NCBI GenBank assembly: GCA_046726175.1
Contig: JBKPAC010000100.1
Span: forward strand, 4,202 to 68,201
DNA from: Acidobacteriota bacterium
GTDB taxonomy: Bacteria; Acidobacteriota; Blastocatellia; Pyrinomonadales; Pyrinomonadaceae
Direction: 5' to 3'
Length of the DNA: 64,000 nucleotides
In this document: one piece after another, positions 18,998 through 28,597 of the stretch
Numbering within the stretch: position 1 is the stretch's first letter
Layout: each line of letters begins with the position of its first letter
Notes under the pieces: generated by a model
Database searches by the model: none
Told to the model about the DNA's origin: nothing
Seen by the model: only the letters and a program-made list of their open reading frames with translations
Position numbers and translations under genes: made by a program

Positions 18998-21001
18998 ATG
19001 ATGAAACCGAATCGTATTCTGCCGCTCATAATCGTCTTCCTATTCGTCGTTTCTTCCGTACTCGGACAAGGGCAGCAGCCGCTGACGCCGCAACAGCAGG
19101 CAGTCGCTGATTTCATCAAGGCGAATTACACCAAACGCGAAGTGATGATCCCGATGCGCGATGGCGTCAAGCTCTTCACCGCTATCTACACGCCTCGCGA
19201 CACCTCTCAGAAGTATCCGATTCTGCTCAACCGAACACCGTACAGCGTCGGACCATACGGCGAAGACAAGTTCAAGAACCTCATCGGACCGAATGAGCTT
19301 TTTCCTGAAGAGCGATACATCTTCGCTTACCAGGATGTGCGCGGCAGGTACATGAGTGAAGGCACCTTTGAAGATGTTCGACCTTACATTCCAAACAAGA
19401 CCGCAAAGCAGACCGACGAGATCAGCGATTCGTACGATACGGTCGATTGGCTAATCAAGAATGTGCCCAACAACAACGGCCGCGTCGGAGCTTACGGCAT
19501 TTCGTATCCTGGTTTTTACACGTCCGTAGTCGGAATCGATGGCCATCCGGCAGTAAAAGCAATCTCGCCACAGGCGCCCGTTTCCGATTGGTTCCACGGC
19601 GACGACGATCATCACAACGGCGCTTTATTTCTTGCGCAGAACTTTTCCTTCTTCAGGGGTTTCGGTCAGCTGCGCCCGACACCAACATCAAAGGATGATT
19701 ACGTAAAACCATTCAGCTTCGGAACACAGGATGGCTATGACTTCTATTTGAAAGCCGGTGGATTGAAAAACCTTGGCGATCTCTATGAGAAGCAGTTTGG
19801 ATTTCGAATCAAGTTCTGGGACCAGATGATGACCCATCCCAATTACGATCAGTTCTGGAAAGAGCGCAACATCCTTCCCAACCTAAGGAATATAAAAGCG
19901 GCAGTGATGACCGTCGGTGGCTGGTATGACAATGAAGACTTGTACGGAGCATTGAAGACTTACGAGCACATCGAAGCTCAGAATCCCGGCATCTACAACG
20001 TGCTCGTGATGGGGCCTTGGTTCCACGGTGGCTGGGCACGTTCAGACGGCGATTGGCTCGGCACAGCATATTTCGGAAGCAAGACTTCGCTTTTTTATCG
20101 GGACAAATTTGAGCTGGCGTTCTTCAATCATTTCCTGAAGGACAAAGGAGAGATACCTCAAATCAAGGAAGTTAATGCGTTCGACACGGGCTCGCTCGAG
20201 TGGCGTGAGTTTGCTGACTGGTCGCCAAAAGCAGCTTCAGATACACCGCTCTACCTGCTTCCCGCCGGCAAGCTGTCGTTTTCAGTTCCTGTGAAACCTA
20301 ACGCGGCATACGATGAGTACGTCAGCGATCCGATGAATCCAGTTCCGTACACACAAAAGATCACGCTGAACTATCCGCGCGATTTCATGACAGAGGATCA
20401 GCGGTTCGTCAGCGGACGACCGGATGTTCTTGTTTATCAGACCGACCCATTAACTGAAGACATTACTGTTGCTGGTGCCATCAAACCCGAGTTGTTTATT
20501 GCATCGACGGGAACAGATTCCGACTTCATCGTGAAGTTGATCGATGTCTTCCCTGATGATTACCAATATCCGGAAACGGGAAATCGCTTGCCGAATGGCC
20601 AAGCGGAAAGGATGCGGCCTCCAGATACGTCTGCTGATTGCGTATTTCAGCCGGGCGGTTATCAAATGCTGCTACGCGGCGAGCCATTCCCGGCACGCTT
20701 CCGCAATAGCTTCGAAAAACCCGAGCCGCTGAAAGTCAATACGCCGATGAAGATACCGTACGTCATGCCGGGAATCGTTCACACCTTTAAGAAGGGCCAC
20801 CGGATCATGGTCCAGGTCCAGAGCACCTGGTTCCCATTGGTTGCTCGTAATCCCCAAAAGTATTTGTCGAATTACAAATTGGGAACGGACGCGGATTTTC
20901 AGAAAGCTACGCAACGCGTATATCACAGCTCCACCAACGCATCGCGCATCGTGTTGCCGATCGTAAGGAACAGGAACGAGAGCACAAGCCAGAAGCAATA
21001 A
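18998..21001 (+). CDS. CocE/NonD-family hydrolase (S15 Xaa-Pro dipeptidyl-peptidase-like), secreted
   Basis: Signal peptide is present. YGISYPG fits the GxSxxG nucleophile elbow. Length and C-terminal domain pattern are typical of the family. Confidence 0.8.
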   Translation: MMKPNRILPLIIVFLFVVSSVLGQGQQPLTPQQQAVADFIKANYTKREVMIPMRDGVKLFTAIYTPRDTSQKYPILLNRTPYSVGPYGEDKFKNLIGPNELFPEERYIFAYQDVRGRYMSEGTFEDVRPYIPNKTAKQTDEISDSYDTVDWLIKNVPNNNGRVGAYGISYPGFYTSVVGIDGHPAVKAISPQAPVSDWFHGDDDHHNGALFLAQNFSFFRGFGQLRPTPTSKDDYVKPFSFGTQDGYDFYLKAGGLKNLGDLYEKQFGFRIKFWDQMMTHPNYDQFWKERNILPNLRNIKAAVMTVGGWYDNEDLYGALKTYEHIEAQNPGIYNVLVMGPWFHGGWARSDGDWLGTAYFGSKTSLFYRDKFELAFFNHFLKDKGEIPQIKEVNAFDTGSLEWREFADWSPKAASDTPLYLLPAGKLSFSVPVKPNAAYDEYVSDPMNPVPYTQKITLNYPRDFMTEDQRFVSGRPDVLVYQTDPLTEDITVAGAIKPELFIASTGTDSDFIVKLIDVFPDDYQYPETGNRLPNGQAERMRPPDTSADCVFQPGGYQMLLRGEPFPARFRNSFEKPEPLKVNTPMKIPYVMPGIVHTFKKGHRIMVQVQSTWFPLVARNPQKYLSNYKLGTDADFQKATQRVYHSSTNASRIVLPIVRNRNESTSQKQ

Positions 21002-21016
21002 GAGAGGAGGAACACT

Positions 21017-22153
21017 GTGTTTAGATACACAGCAATTGCGGCGCTGATCTTCGTTTGTGCGTGTGTTGCGACAGGAAAGGATTCAAGCTCCGTGCTCATC
21101 TATGATGGCGTTGCGACGCAGGTTACGCCCTGGCCGGCAAAGACCGCTGACCTATGGATTTTGACGACGGATCTGAAGCGCGCCACCGGGTATGAGATCA
21201 AGCCGCAAGGCGTGTGTCGAGGTCAGTTGTGTTTTCCACTTCCGAAAAACCGACAGCAGGAATTCGTTTCGAAGGCGAAGGGAACGACCTGGTTCAATGT
21301 CTCGGAATTTGCGAGACTCATAAAACAACCGTTCACAACGGATCAGAAAAACGCGATTTGGTATTTTGGTCCCCGGTCAGAAGAATCGAACGCGTTTGTG
21401 TCCTCACTTGAAGCTCCAAACTTCACATTGCCTGACCTAAGCGGGAAGATGCACTCGCTTAGCGACTTCCGCGGAAAGAAAGTCTTACTTGTCACCTGGG
21501 CCTCTTGGTGAGGCTGTCGCTTTGATCTGCCTGGATGGCAGTCACTCTACAAAGAACTGAAAAATAAAAACCTGGAAATCATCTCCGTAGCTGAAGACAC
21601 TGGCGGTGTCCGCGATGCTGAGAAATGGATAACGGCAGCGAAGCCTGAGTACACAGCTCTCATCGACGAAAAACAGATCATCACGCAAAAGTACAACATG
21701 GTAAATGTGCCTACGGCAGTATGGATCGACGAGCGTGGCCGGATCGTGCGTCCTGCCGAAGTGGCTTTTGTCGACGATCGCTTTAAGTCGTTTACGAATA
21801 TCGAGTCTGCTCCATACATTGATGCCATACGTGATTGGACAACGAAAGGGCAGGCCAGTAAGTATGTGATGAGCGAAAATCAGCTAAGAGAGCACATGAA
21901 ACCGCAAAGCACAGAGCGTGGGATGGCAGATGTGGAATTTGGGCTTGCGGAATATTTGTACAAACAAGGAAAGGGTACGGATGCTATTCCTCACTTCAAA
22001 GAGGCCCAGCGACTTGCACCTGACAATTGGAATTACAAACGTCAAGCCTGGGCATTGTCGGATGCAGAGCGTGACTACGGTACGAACTTCCGGAAGGAAG
22101 TGGAGAAGCTAAACGGTAAGCCCTACTACGAACCGCGCAAGTTGCCGCAGTAG
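21017..22153 (+). CDS. TlpA/redoxin-like thiol:disulfide oxidoreductase with in-frame TGA (candidate selenocysteine, W-U-G-C) and TPR-like tail
   Basis: The two ORF-track pieces (21017-21511 and 21698-22153) are in the same frame. The only stop between them is TGA 21509-21511. The read-through gives KKVLLVTWASW-U-GCRFDLPGWQSLYKELKNKNLEIISV...VPTAVWIDERGRIV, a canonical TlpA/ResA-type pattern with TGA at the first Cys of WCxxC. Confidence 0.65.
21523..21544 (+). promoter_or_regulatory. Candidate bacterial SECIS hairpin
   Basis: UGA-(U bulge)-CUGCC-[UGGAU]-GGCAG-UCA is an 8-bp stem with a 5'-side bulged U and a GG-containing loop. It starts 11 nt after the UGA codon. Confidence 0.5.
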
Positions 22154-22297
22154 AATGACAACGCGCATGGATTCCCGCGAGGTTAGTTTGAAATCATGCT
22201 GAAGAAAGTAATAAAAGCAATTGTGGCTGATGTACCCAGTGATCCCAATGCGGACTGGCTTCATAGACCGAAAGCCAAAGGTACTATTTCGAAGCGT

Positions 22298-22984
22298 TCA
22301 ATAATTCGTGAGAATCTCATGGGGCGCGAATCCCATTTGCGCAAGACGATCGCGAGTTTCGTTCTGCATTTCCATCGATCCGCAGATAAGCGCAACCGGT
22401 GAAGACAAACTGGGCAGCACATGGTCCAAAAGTGACTGCACGTAGCCGGTTGGCCCAGACCAGTCATGTCCGTCCGGCCGCGAAATCACCTGACGAAGTT
22501 CCACGCCTGCGTCTCTCCAGCTTTCGATTTCATGCTGATAACAGAAATCATCAGGAGTACGGGCACCATAAAGGACGATCAACTGCCCAAATCGTTCCTT
22601 TCGCTTTAGCACATGCCGCAACGCTGATCTAAGCGGAGCTACTCCTATTCCCATTGCTACGAACACGAGATCTCGTCCGGCATGGCTTTCGAGTGGGAAC
22701 CCATGGCCCACGACTTTCAGGAGTTCAACGCTGTCGCCACGCTCGAGTTCGAACATGCGAGTACTCGCGCCCACTCGATTCTTCACCAGCACCTCGAGCT
22801 CTGGATCGTCTGGTGCGCCGGCGAACGCAAAGTACGCAGGTTCTTCACCTTCCACATGGAGGACAGCAACTTGTCCGGGTGTGAATGAGATGCCATGGCT
22901 ATGATTCTCGCCTTCAGGCATAAGATCGAATGAGCGAATTGCGCGGGCTTGTTCGTGGATGTCGGTGATGATTAGCTTATGCAT
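22298..22984 (-). CDS. FAD/NAD(P)-binding oxidoreductase (ferredoxin-reductase-type, FNR-like)
   Basis: Start set at ATG 22984 (MHKLIITDI...). It has the two-domain FNR-like pattern (GQVAVLHV..., LVFVAMGIGVAPL). No obvious Fe-S Cys cluster. Confidence 0.65.
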   Translation of the reverse strand: MHKLIITDIHEQARAIRSFDLMPEGENHSHGISFTPGQVAVLHVEGEEPAYFAFAGAPDDPELEVLVKNRVGASTRMFELERGDSVELLKVVGHGFPLESHAGRDLVFVAMGIGVAPLRSALRHVLKRKERFGQLIVLYGARTPDDFCYQHEIESWRDAGVELRQVISRPDGHDWSGPTGYVQSLLDHVLPSLSSPVALICGSMEMQNETRDRLAQMGFAPHEILTNY

Positions 22985-23043
22985 TTGTTGACGATTCAAG
23001 TCTAGCAAAACGGGATAAGGCCGCAAAAAGTCACAGAAGATAC

Positions 23044-23134
23044 AGCCGCGGATTAACGCGGATCTTTGACAGAAATTTCTAAGGTCTGCTTCCTTCTTTG
23101 CAAGGTATCTGCGGTACCCGCGTTAATCCGCGGC
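23044..23134. repeat. Inverted-repeat hairpin, GCCGCGGATTAACGCGGAT family (copy 4) in a divergent promoter region
   Basis: agccgcggattaacgcggatc ... gcggtacccgcgttaatccgcggc. Confidence 0.85.
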
Positions 23135-23219
23135 AGCACGTTCTTTGTGCCTTTTGTGCCTCTTTGCGGCGTCCCGGTGATAGAATAAGAGCCCTTCTTA
23201 AACCCGGAGAACTAACAAC

Positions 23220-23888
23220 ATGAATCCGTCACGACTGATCTCCCATCGTCTTGTTCTCGGGCTGGCGATATCTTTTTGCGTCGGCTTCGCGGCCCTCGTG
23301 GTGGCAGCGCAATCGGGAAGGCGAACACCGAAGAAACCGGATCCAATTCCCGAAGCGTCACCTGAGCCCTCTCCTTCAGTAAAGCCAGAGACGGAGAAGC
23401 CGCGTGTAAACATCAGTGTTGGAATCGCCCCTACAGGCGGCTTTTCAAATTTGCCTGTGTACTACAACGACTCTGTCCTTGTAAGCTGCGCCGAGCGCTT
23501 GCGCAGCGCCCCATCCGCAGCAGTGCACGTGACTGGCCGGGAGATCACTCGTGGCCAAGCGATCAAACTTGCGAAATCGCAAAAGGAAGGCTTCGTTGTT
23601 TTTCTTGAATTGAAAAACGACAACATGAGCGCCACTGTCGCGAATCCAAACTATCAGGATCTTTATCTGGATTACACGGTGTTTGGACCGGACACGGCAA
23701 AGGTGGTGACTTCAGGCAAAACCTATCCGCGAGCTTACAGCAAGGGCAGTGTTATTGCGCTTCCGACAGGCAGAAACTCGTCGGCGTATGTAGAGCAAAT
23801 GCTGCAACAGGCAGCCCGGGATGCTGCGGATCGCATTCTATCGGCGCTCCACCTCGTACTGCCGAGGACTACAGCTCCTGGACCTTGA
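23220..23888 (+). CDS. Hypothetical exported protein
   Basis: An N-terminal TM/signal segment is followed by a Pro/Glu/Lys-rich linker. I recognised no motif. Confidence 0.5.
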   Translation: MNPSRLISHRLVLGLAISFCVGFAALVVAAQSGRRTPKKPDPIPEASPEPSPSVKPETEKPRVNISVGIAPTGGFSNLPVYYNDSVLVSCAERLRSAPSAAVHVTGREITRGQAIKLAKSQKEGFVVFLELKNDNMSATVANPNYQDLYLDYTVFGPDTAKVVTSGKTYPRAYSKGSVIALPTGRNSSAYVEQMLQQAARDAADRILSALHLVLPRTTAPGP

Positions 23889-23900
23889 CCACGGAACAAT

Positions 23901-24002
23901 TTAGCCACGGATTCACGGTGATAAGACGGATAAGACAGTAAGGAGGAAATTCGAATCTCTCCTCTGTTCATATCAGTTTTATCCGCGTTCATCCGTGGCC
24001 AA
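23901..24002. repeat. Inverted-repeat hairpin, GCCGCGGATTAACGCGGAT family (copy 5, diverged: GCCACGGATTCACGG)
   Basis: ttagccacggattcacggtgataagacggataag ... cagttttatccgcgttcatccgtggccaa. It lies between convergent gene ends. Confidence 0.8.
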
Positions 24003-24016
24003 TTTTTCTTCCGTTG

Positions 24017-25879
24017 TTATCCTTCGTCATAAATCCGATCAATCACTGACCGGTATTTCTCATCAATCACGCGGCGCTTGACCTTTAGCGTGGGCGTCAG
24101 CTCGCCGTTCTCGATCGTAAACTCATTCTCGAGCAACACGATTTTCTTTACACGTTCGTACTGAGCAAGCTCCGACGTGTGAGTTGCTATCTGGCGTTCA
24201 AAGAGATCAATGATGCGCGGGTGCTCACAGAGTTCTTTCCGGCTGCCAACCTTGATACCCTTCAGTTGCGCGTAAGATTCAAGCAGCTCCCAGTCCGGCA
24301 CGATTAAAGCAGCAGGAAACTTCCGCTCGTTACCGACCAAAACCACCTGATTAACAAACCTCGAGCCCTTAATCATCTGTTCGATTGGTTGTGGCGCGAT
24401 GTACTTTCCGCCAGACGTCTTGAATAGCTCTTTCTTCCGATCCGTGATTCGTAGAAAGCCATCATTGTCGATCGTGCCGATGTCACCCGTCTTGAACCAC
24501 CCATCGTCCGTGAAGACGTCGCGTGTAGCTTCTGGTTTGTTGTAGTAGCCTCGCATGATATTCGGACCGCGAACTTCGATCTCTCCGTCAGCAGCGACGC
24601 GCACCTCAACATTCCTAATCGCCTTGCCGACCGTGCCGACGCGATTCTGTCCGACGGCGCACGAACTGATCACAGGCGATGTTTCGGTTAAGCCATAACC
24701 CTGCACTATCGGTATTCCTGCACCGACATAGAGCAAACCGAGATCTTCAGACAGACTGGCTCCGCCCGAGACAAGCAGACGAATGCGACCGCCAAACGCT
24801 TTCTTCCAGCGAGAGAAGACCAGGCGCGAAGCTACTGCATGCTGCAGCTTGAGCCAGGGGGAGATCTTCTCGCCGTAAATCATTCGGCGCGCGTAATCCT
24901 TCGCAAGCTCGACGGCCCATGCGAGCAAAACTACCGTGACCTTGCCTTCCTCAGCCGCGCGTTCTTTTATGCGCGCATAGATCTTCTCGAAGATTCGAGG
25001 TACGCCGACAAGAATGGTGGGTGATACCTCGCGTAGGTTTGGTCCGATCGTCTCGAGCGATTCGGCGTAATAAACTGCCATCCCGCGATAGAGATACATG
25101 TACAACGCCTGCCGCTCGAAAATATGCGACAGAGGCAGCACGGAAAGCGCGACGTCATCTTCGCTAAATGAAAAGTGGCTTGAGGAGTCGACCAGATTGG
25201 AAACGAGATTCGAGTGAGTCAGCATCACCCCTTTGGGTTCACCCGTGGTGCCCGAGGTGTAAATCAACGTAGCAAGATCATCGGGACTGGTGCTGTGCGA
25301 AAGTTCATCGATCAATCGCGGCTTAGTCTTCAGCAATTCGCGTCCGCGACTCTCCAGCTCGTCTAAGGTTATCCATTCGTCGCTGTGCAACCCCTGCGCG
25401 TCAAAAACCACGACACATTCCACTTCAGGACATTCTTTCAACGTATCGGCCAACAGACGATGACGAGCCGCATCAGCAAGGAACAATATCCGGGCGCCTG
25501 AATCTTTGAGAATGTAACGGACTTGAGGCGCCATCAGTGTTGGATAAATCGGAACATCGACGGCGCGGGCGAAAATGCAGCCGCCATCAGTCAGCGTCCA
25601 TTCAACACGGCTCTCCGAAAGCAGTGCGACCCGGTCTCCAGGCTTCACTCCAAGTGACACCAGACCAGCAGCGATATTCCGCATGCGGGATATCATCTCG
25701 TCCGATGATAGAAGTACCCAGGCGCCGTCCTTTTTGTAGTTCAGGGTGTCAGGTCTTTTATTACGATTAGCAACCAGCTCGAATACTTCGACAAGCGTCT
25801 TTGGCTCATCCGGTGACAGTGGGACACGCGCAGGATGAGAGAGTCTGTGCTCGGTAACTTCGTATGTAACCTGGTTCAC
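24017..25879 (-). CDS. Long-chain fatty-acid--CoA ligase (AMP-dependent synthetase)
   Basis: LIYTSGTTGEPKGV is the AMP-binding motif. GYGLTETS and TGDIG...DRKK motifs are present. 620 aa. Confidence 0.85.
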   Translation of the reverse strand: MNQVTYEVTEHRLSHPARVPLSPDEPKTLVEVFELVANRNKRPDTLNYKKDGAWVLLSSDEMISRMRNIAAGLVSLGVKPGDRVALLSESRVEWTLTDGGCIFARAVDVPIYPTLMAPQVRYILKDSGARILFLADAARHRLLADTLKECPEVECVVVFDAQGLHSDEWITLDELESRGRELLKTKPRLIDELSHSTSPDDLATLIYTSGTTGEPKGVMLTHSNLVSNLVDSSSHFSFSEDDVALSVLPLSHIFERQALYMYLYRGMAVYYAESLETIGPNLREVSPTILVGVPRIFEKIYARIKERAAEEGKVTVVLLAWAVELAKDYARRMIYGEKISPWLKLQHAVASRLVFSRWKKAFGGRIRLLVSGGASLSEDLGLLYVGAGIPIVQGYGLTETSPVISSCAVGQNRVGTVGKAIRNVEVRVAADGEIEVRGPNIMRGYYNKPEATRDVFTDDGWFKTGDIGTIDNDGFLRITDRKKELFKTSGGKYIAPQPIEQMIKGSRFVNQVVLVGNERKFPAALIVPDWELLESYAQLKGIKVGSRKELCEHPRIIDLFERQIATHTSELAQYERVKKIVLLENEFTIENGELTPTLKVKRRVIDEKYRSVIDRIYDEG

Positions 25880-26493
25880 TTCGGCGAGCTGACTCCATTA
25901 AAGAAGATGTCCAGCACCTGGTCGGCCATTGGCGCAAGTTTGTAGCGTCGTTTGGAAAGAATCCAATTCGTCGCCATTTCGTCGAGTGCTCCGAAGAGTA
26001 TCTTCGCTACTATCCTGGCGTTCAGATCGGATCGGAATACTCCGGCCCGTTGGCCCTCTTCAAAAGTCTCGCGAATCAGTGCCAGATACTCGGCGAATCC
26101 GGCAGCTGAAAACTCTTCCATAAACTTGGTTGAGCCGCGTAGTTCAACCTGAAAAACGACGGCGAGGTCGCGGTCGGCGCCAAGCCGTTCGAGGTGCAAC
26201 AAAGCAATCTGTCGCAGCTTCTCGCGAGGATCGTCGATTTTTGCTAGCCGCATCTTGCCGTCCGCGATGGCAACCTCCATGCCGCGATCGAAAATTGAAT
26301 GCAGAATCTCTTCTTTGCTTTTGAAGTAGAGATAGACGGTGCCGTCAGCGACGCCCGCTTCACGCGCGATGTCCGCTACTTTGGAATTGAAATAGCCGTT
26401 GTGAGCGAAGACCTGGATAGCGGCGCGAAGTATTGCGGCGCGTTTATCACCGACCGGTGCGCGAGTTGAATTTATGGAACGAGCGGATCGCAT
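25876..26493 (-). CDS. TetR/AcrR-family transcriptional regulator (fatty-acid-metabolism FadR-like by context)
   Basis: N-terminal HTH (FAHNGYFNSKVADIAREAGVADGTVYLYFKSKEE). It overlaps the acyl-CoA ligase start by 4 nt. Confidence 0.8.
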   Translation of the reverse strand: MRSARSINSTRAPVGDKRAAILRAAIQVFAHNGYFNSKVADIAREAGVADGTVYLYFKSKEEILHSIFDRGMEVAIADGKMRLAKIDDPREKLRQIALLHLERLGADRDLAVVFQVELRGSTKFMEEFSAAGFAEYLALIRETFEEGQRAGVFRSDLNARIVAKILFGALDEMATNWILSKRRYKLAPMADQVLDIFFNGVSSPK

Positions 26494-26509
26494 ACTCTAA
26501 GGACCAGGC

Positions 26510-26529
26510 GCTGAATGAGCATTCACTCA
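26510..26529. promoter_or_regulatory. Palindromic operator CTGAATGA-GCAT-TCACTCAG upstream of the TetR/acyl-CoA ligase operon
   Basis: It matches the arm positions of the box at 18848-18867 in 15 of 16 places and lies 17 nt upstream of the TetR start codon. Confidence 0.6.
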
Positions 26530-26584
26530 GTACCCTTAGCGTAACCTTTAGAATTACGGCGCGCAAGGACGTGAAGTTAAAGAG

Positions 26585-27589
26585 TTAGTCAGAGCTCGTG
26601 GGAAGAGAGTGATCTCGATCGAGATCGCGTGGCCGGTCTGTTCGTTCGTCCGTGAGGAGGTCCCTCAAGTCTCTGCCTCCCCCACCGTCTGCCCCTTTGA
26701 CGAGAAATTCCTGTGTCGGATACGGAATCTGGATACCTCTCTCTTTGAACAGTTTCTTGATGCGATAATTGATATCGCTGCGAATCTGCGGGTGGCGATT
26801 GGGATGGCGCGTCCATACCAGGAGCCGAAACTCCAGCGCGTACGCACCAAACTTGAGAAACTGGACCTTCGGGGGTGGATCTTCGAGAACGAGCTCGACA
26901 TCCTTGGCGCTGTCCGTAAGTGTCTTTGTGACCAGATCGATATCCGACTCGTTCGAGACATTCACCGGAATCGCGATGCGCGCTCGCGGATCACCGTAGG
27001 ACCAATTGATTACGCGTTGAGTTACCAGCCTGGAGTTAGGAACGATGATGGCTATGCGGTCATTTGTGATTACCGTCGTAGTGCGTAAGTTGATGCTTTG
27101 TACATCACCTTCGTCATCGCCGATCGTGATCCGGTCTCCTATTCGAATGGGCCGTTCAAACAGAAGTATGAAACCGGAAGCGATGTCCGCCGCGATGTAC
27201 TGCAAGCCAAAGCCGATACCGACCGAGAGTGCCGTGAAAACGACGGCGATTGAAGTCAGATCCAGTCCAAACGCCTGTTTGAGAGCAACCAGAATACCCA
27301 CCGTTACCAGCACGTATTTCACGAGCCGCACGATGGTGTATCTCAGTCCTGGATCAATGGTGGTCTTGCCGGCAATCCGACGGTCCAGCAGTGAGGTAAC
27401 AGCTCGTGAAAGGAAAAGCGTCATAGCCAGTACGAGCACTCCAATCACAAGACTGCTCAGCGACACGCTCATGTTCCCGATGGTGAATCGGCGATCAACG
27501 TACTGCCAGATGCGCTTGAGCAGTTCGATGCCATCCGCTAACAGCAGCAGCGAGACATTACAGGCAGGAAGGTGCGCGAGTAGATTCAA
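26585..27589 (-). CDS. Mechanosensitive ion channel family protein (MscS-like)
   Basis: TM helices are followed by FERPIRIGDRITIGDDEGDVQSINLRTTTVITNDRIAIIVPNS, which matches the MscS beta-domain pattern. Confidence 0.8.
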   Translation of the reverse strand: MNLLAHLPACNVSLLLLADGIELLKRIWQYVDRRFTIGNMSVSLSSLVIGVLVLAMTLFLSRAVTSLLDRRIAGKTTIDPGLRYTIVRLVKYVLVTVGILVALKQAFGLDLTSIAVVFTALSVGIGFGLQYIAADIASGFILLFERPIRIGDRITIGDDEGDVQSINLRTTTVITNDRIAIIVPNSRLVTQRVINWSYGDPRARIAIPVNVSNESDIDLVTKTLTDSAKDVELVLEDPPPKVQFLKFGAYALEFRLLVWTRHPNRHPQIRSDINYRIKKLFKERGIQIPYPTQEFLVKGADGGGGRDLRDLLTDERTDRPRDLDRDHSLPTSSD

Positions 27590-27603
27590 ATCTGAAGGAT
27601 ATT

Positions 27604-27631
27604 AAATCGACAATCGGAAATCGACAATCGG
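27604..27631. repeat. Tandem duplication of the 14-mer AAATCGACAATCGG
   Basis: Two exact adjacent copies at 27604-27617 and 27618-27631. Confidence 0.85.
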
Positions 27632-27638
27632 TAATGGT

Positions 27639-28478
27639 TCAGTGACTCATAGCATAAATGAGTACATTGATTCCAACTTTGTAGGCAGGTAAACCATACT
27701 TAACTGGATAGCGCGGGTCGTTGATCCATTCCCATGCATCTCCGAGATCACAGTTGCGCGCAATGAACGCCACTAATCGACCGTTCTTATCTTCGATCCC
27801 CATGTAGTGTGGGACAATCCCGCCTTTCTCTGACGTCTCGCCGCGCATCGCATTGAAGAAGTTAGGTACTTGCACAACTTCCTCGACGTCGAGATAGGAA
27901 TGGAAGATGGGGTGGCTCAACGGCAGATCTTTGATTTCGTACTCGGGCAGGACTTTGTGAAACTGCTCCTGAACGTTCTCCCATTCGTACTCGCCCCAGA
28001 AATCGTCAAAGAAGATGAAGCCGCCGCGCAAAATGTACTCGCGCAAACGCGCAGCTTGTTCGGTTGAGAGATCGAGAAACCCTGGTTCAACGAAATAGAT
28101 GAGCGGGTAGTCGAACAGACGATCATCCATGATAGGAATTTGTTCAGGTCGCGGCGCAATTTTCAAATTGGTGCCCGCCCATTCGCGCAGCCCAACGATG
28201 AAGTTGTTGTCTGCCTCGGGATAATCGGTGGCCCATGTTCCACCGCGACGGCCGCGGAATGGCGAATCGTAGATGACGCGGGCGAACGTGTACTCGCCGA
28301 ATGATGGTCCGTTCTCGTCGGCCGTGGTGCTTTGTGACAAGCGCGGCGGAAAAGCTCCCGGGCCGCCGAAACCTCCGGGTCGCCGCTGCGCATTGCTACC
28401 GATCAAAAGCAATGAGATCAGCGGTACTGCGAAGAGCGCTTTGTGCTGTAACTTGATTCGCACTTTGCTTCTTCCCAC
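27639..28478 (-). CDS. DUF4159-domain protein
   Basis: WATDYPEADNNF and LIYFVEPGFLDLSTEQAARLREYILRGGFIFFDDFWG resemble DUF4159. It is the last gene of the MoxR/VWA cluster. Confidence 0.65.
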   Translation of the reverse strand: MGRSKVRIKLQHKALFAVPLISLLLIGSNAQRRPGGFGGPGAFPPRLSQSTTADENGPSFGEYTFARVIYDSPFRGRRGGTWATDYPEADNNFIVGLREWAGTNLKIAPRPEQIPIMDDRLFDYPLIYFVEPGFLDLSTEQAARLREYILRGGFIFFDDFWGEYEWENVQEQFHKVLPEYEIKDLPLSHPIFHSYLDVEEVVQVPNFFNAMRGETSEKGGIVPHYMGIEDKNGRLVAFIARNCDLGDAWEWINDPRYPVKYGLPAYKVGINVLIYAMSH

Positions 28479-28488
28479 TCAATTCCGA

Positions 28489-28589
28489 GTTCTTTTCGTG
28501 TCTTCGGTTTCGTGTTAATTCGTGGATCGGTTTTTGGTTCGGCGACAGATGGATCCACGAATTAACACGAAACGAAGACACGAAAGAAC
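28489..28589. repeat. Inverted-repeat hairpin with CACGAA-word arms
   Basis: gttcttttcgtgtcttcggtttcgtgttaattcgtggatc ... gatccacgaattaacacgaaacgaagacacgaaagaac. Confidence 0.85.
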
Positions 28590-28597
28590 ACTAACGT

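Noticed and set aside
21509-21511. The TGA as a genuine stop, giving two separate genes or a pseudogene.
   Set aside because: This is not fully excluded. However, the downstream 640 nt stay in frame with no other stop. The thioredoxin-fold pattern continues seamlessly across the TGA, the TGA replaces the redox Cys, and a SECIS-like hairpin follows. Recoding is the better hypothesis pending a check for sel genes.
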